DNA from: Ylistrum balloti | Lineage: Eukaryota | Assembly (NCBI RefSeq): GCF_031769215.1 | Contig: NW_026782457.1 | Coordinates: 1-64,000 of the forward strand | Length of the DNA stretch: 64,000 bases | Reading direction: 5' to 3' | Shown here: piece by piece, positions 59,321 through 64,000 of the stretch | Layout: every line of letters begins with the position of its first letter | Numbering within the stretch: the stretch's first letter is position 1 | Position numbers and translations under genes: made by a program | The notes under the pieces: generated by a model | Database searches by the model: none | Seen by the model: only the letters and a program-made list of their open reading frames with translations | Told to the model about the DNA's origin: nothing

Positions 59321-61234
59321 ATGTGAAACATAATGAGAACATTATATATAGTGTATAAAGTAAATTCTCTTTTCAATTATTCAAGAGGACAAACAACAAC
59401 AAATACAAAAATGTATTTCACTGCGACTGAGACATTGCGACTGATTTATTAAATAAATCAATTCATTTTCAAACAAGAATATGCTTCATAGACAAAAAAG
59501 GCATATATGTATATGCACCTGCAAGAAAAAATGCATAACCATAGCTTAACAGATCAAATACTGAATATTATTTCCAAATTACTTGTTGTATAACTATTTT
59601 AAGAGGATATCAACAACAAATCTACACAGTTAAGAAAACAAAAGTAATATAAAGAGTGTCTGTCTGTCACTACCTGTGTTGCCTGAATGACACCTACAGG
59701 TAACACGAGGTATGAATTTGCACATGTAAATCTCAGACCATCACGCCACCTATTGGCGATGCACAACATAAAGAAAATAGTTTCAACCTAATTCAAACTG
59801 GTCAAATGGTTGAAATTAGATATTTTCACAGTACTTTGTTGAAGATAGCACTATAAAATGGTAAAAAAAAAAAACACAAAAACTTCACATTTCTTAAGTA
59901 TAATTTATCCTTTTTGTTCTTATGAATGCACATGAGTATTACAAGTAAAACGTTTACATAATTCAAGTATTCTATTCCAACATATATCTATTGTCATGCT
60001 CACTTTTTACAAAAAGTCTATCTAACCCTAATCTCCAAAGGACTCTCAAAATTGAACCAAGTTCATTATTTCAAAAATCCAATGAGTCCCCCAAACAAGT
60101 AGTTAAACTACCTTGTCTAAAGGTATTGATTTTTGAAAAAAAAATATAAAATACAAAATAAATAAATAAATAAAGCACATATCTCAGTTTGGACATTTTG
60201 AACGTACACAATCTACCTTTATGACCTGATGCGCAGACAAAATTGAAAGTAGACGTTTCTTTTGATATTTTCCACCAATTACGTTCACAATTTGAACTCT
60301 TCCAAAACTAATGCTACAAATACTTTTTTTTATACCTTTTCTACATATATAAAACATTGATTCATTTGTTTGGTTGCACTTCAAATTCACTGGAAGCTAA
60401 TATTTTTAAAAAATGAAACCAGACATGACAGATATAATTTGAAGCAGTTTCATGTTACTAAAGGTATGATTTGGAGTAATTATGTAAAAATAAAAAAAAA
60501 ATATTGATGCATTATCACCTGGTCGTTCTGATAAGCACTTTCCTGGTCACAGTTTTCCAAACCATTCCTAAAGTAAGGAAACTCACCATAAAACCAGACA
60601 TTTACATATGTATCTCCCATAAATACTATTAATTAGAAGATATGGACTAATTAAATCACAGTGACCAGAATGTACAAGTTGCTGAATTATCTATGACAAT
60701 GACAGTTTGAAAATTCTAAAACCAAGTCAGGCTTCATTCATGTATAAGTAACTTTACTCTCATCCCATTCATTGCACTTCTTTTGTTAAAGTTGTCTGAC
60801 ATACAAAATGTACATTATGTACTATAAATTCGGTTAACATGCTGAAAGTGATTTCACCAGCAGATCACAACACATTTGAGAGGTAGAAAATAAGCGTATT
60901 TGAGTGAATATTTATCTAGATACCTCTTTGAATGAACAAGAACATATTTCAGAGAAAACTTCCGTACGTAAAAACCACCTTTTTAAAGGGGCAAGTGCAG
61001 TGCAGTCATGGATACTCCTAGCAACAACATCGATTTTACAATCATAGGTATCATGCTGATTCAGGTGCTAAGCACCCATGTATTTTCCTTAACATTTTTA
61101 AATACACCAATAGATACAGTTACATCACAGGTGATTATTGTACTTATAATACAATACGCAAAGCAATCAATGTTAAGTTTCAATCACAACACACACTGAG
61201 TGCCACTAGTGAGTGGGATATCTATATTTACTGA

Positions 61235-61361
61235 TCGACTAGTTTCAGCTCTGATGCGAGGCTTCATCAGGGCACTCATACAGTACTTCAGTACTTCAAA
61301 GACAAAATCTTATGTATTCGTGCCCTGATGGAGCCTCACATCTAAGGCAAAATTAGTGAGC
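61235..61361. ncRNA. Inverted pair of degenerate Penelope-type hammerhead ribozyme motifs
   Basis: Minus strand: gtgcc CTGATGA AGCCTCGCATCAGAGCT GAAAC TAGTC. Plus strand: gtgcc CTGATGG AGCCTCACATCTAAGGC AAAAT TAGTG. Arms match 20/22 over the core. Confidence 0.5.
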
Positions 61362-61693
61362 AAATGAATAACCCATAGACTGACGATAACACATGGGGTG
61401 TGTTGTGACTGATACTAACTTGGATTAATTTTTATATATTGTTTCATCGCCCTGAATACCTTTGGGTATCCACACCCAACACTGGTCCCTCTTAACTGTT
61501 GAAGAAATATTCTAAAATGTCAAACCACACACTATGTGTAACTTTCTATCAATATCAGTTTAGAAACACCCAGTAGCATACCTTTACACTAAGTTATGTG
61601 AAATTATCAAACGATTTTAAAGATAAATATGTATCACAGACAAAGAACATTACATATATATAACATAAATATACCTGCAGTAAGTGATGATAA

Positions 61694-61955
61694 TACGGAG
61701 CCCGTTAACTGACATGCTCCATACTTATATTATTTCGATAAAACGAATTATTATTTCAAAAAAACGAAATAATATTTCGAAAAAACGAATTAATATTTCG
61801 AAAAAACGAAATAATATTTCGTTTAAATGAATTGTTATTTCGAAAAAACGAAACAATATTTCTAATAAACGAATTAATATTTCGTTTAAACGAAATAATA
61901 TTTCGAAAAAACGAAATAAAATAAGTATGGAGCATGTCAGTTAACGGGCTCCGTA
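61694..61955. mobile_element. 262-bp non-autonomous DNA transposon (IS3EU-like) with 35-bp perfect TIRs and an internal 21-bp tandem array
   Basis: TIRs at 61694-61728 and 61921-61955 (tacggagcccgttaactgacatgctccatacttat); 6-bp direct repeat TGATAA at 61688-61693 and 61956-61961; TAC...GTA ends; interior built from aaaaaacgaaataatatttcg-like units. Confidence 0.8.
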
Positions 61956-62573
61956 TGATAATTACATGTAGCAACATAATTTTTTATTTATATAAAATCC
62001 CTTTTGTAAAATCTTTATCACTGGTTTCAATGCATGTCCACCTGTAAAAACATTACACACGTGTATGTATTTGTAGGTGTGTTTTTCATTGATATGAGAC
62101 ACTTTTCAGGTAAACCTGTATATATGTATATATGTAGGTAGACAGCTACAATATTTCAGTATGTCAATTTTAATGTAAGAAGATAAAGTTTCCTATAACA
62201 CTTTGAAAGTATACACCACATCTGGTCATCACTTTACAATAGAAGGGGCCAGAATTTAATCATTTCTATGTCTAACCTTCTTGTAAGCTATCATATCAAT
62301 TTGGATTTCTGCTGTAAATTTAGAGTAGATAAAATGCACTGAATGTCATGATTCATAAACAAAATTAGAAAGCTTAAGAAGTAAGCAAATGTTTTGATTA
62401 AAACCTAAAAGATTTCTCATACCCTTAAAATAATTGATAATCTGTACATCTTCTCATATGCATAATGCCTTTTTCCTATATATGTGTCATTTAAAATCTT
62501 TTCTATAATCAGGTTCAAATCTTAATTTTCTGATGGCTATGAGATCTGTTGAAACAGCTACTTTAAATTGGTG

Positions 62574-63494
<921 letters not shown>

Positions 63495-63846
63495 CTAATA
63501 AAAATTAAAATGTTTCACAAATCAAAATCATCGCCACATCAAACATATTTTCATGGTCATTTATTTTTTAGCTCGGCAAATGTTTTAAAACATCTGTCTC
63601 CTCTATAAAGCCTACTGATAAATCTTAAAGCAAATATTTCAGCAATTGTCAACTGAACATACATCAATACAGGACAAATCCATCAACACAGTTATAGAAA
63701 TCTTGTATCAGTCATTATTGTCACCGTAATCCAATGTCAGTATTCTACGACCTCACAACCAACCAGTGGTTTTAATCATTTCAACACACACTTGAATGTT
63801 ATGATGAAGAAGAAACTAACTGCAGCTTACGTGTAGATGGGTGTTT

Positions 63847-63897
63847 AATCTGTCTACTAGTTTCACCTCTATCACAGAGGCTTCATCAGGACAAATT
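63847..63897 (-). ncRNA. Type I minimal hammerhead ribozyme (Penelope-like element type), in intron 15 of copy F, sense orientation
   Basis: Minus strand: AAUUUGUC CUGAUGA A GCCUC UGUGAUA GAGGU GAAAC UA GUA^ GACAGAUU. Full core (CUGAUGA, GAAA, GUA), 8-bp stem I, 5-bp stem II, palindromic stem III (ACUAGU). Confidence 0.7.
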
Positions 63898-64000
63898 TTG
63901 CTGACGGAAACCCTCTGAAGTATTCTTCAGGAAGAAAACTTTTAATTGTTAACTGCGATATAATGTACAATAGACAATTCTCAAGGGCAGGTGAGAGCCT

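Overview
AT-rich (roughly one-third GC) animal genomic DNA with many spliceosomal introns; the style suggests a bivalve mollusc such as Mytilus, but that is inference. The window is dominated by a cluster of six ABCC10/MRP7-like ABC-exporter genes. Copy A (minus strand, 5' seven coding exons, runs off the left edge), B and C (minus, complete) are near-identical tandem units of about 11.2 and 12.0 kb. After a 209-N gap come D (minus, complete, more diverged), E (plus, complete, head-to-head with D, most diverged) and F (minus, last two exons only, tail-to-tail with E). I traced 17 GT-AG coding exons with identical intron phases in B, C, D and E (1389, 1389, 1384 and 1377 aa); all NBD motifs are intact. 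Notable points: (1) copies A-E replace the five-helix TMD0 of ABCC10 with a short N-terminus carrying one hydrophobic helix; (2) candidate substrate-pocket residues are rewired (Lys to Glu at the MRP1 K332-equivalent position, added His/Cys); (3) 130-270 nt exon tracts are identical or nearly so between otherwise diverged, even inverted, copies, indicating gene conversion; (4) conserved TATA, kappaB-like and CRE-like promoter modules, plus IRF-like sites upstream of E; (5) several Penelope-type hammerhead ribozyme motifs, one apparently intact; (6) an IS3EU-like MITE, a TA-flanked MITE, tandem repeats and an unidentified decayed reading frame between E and F.
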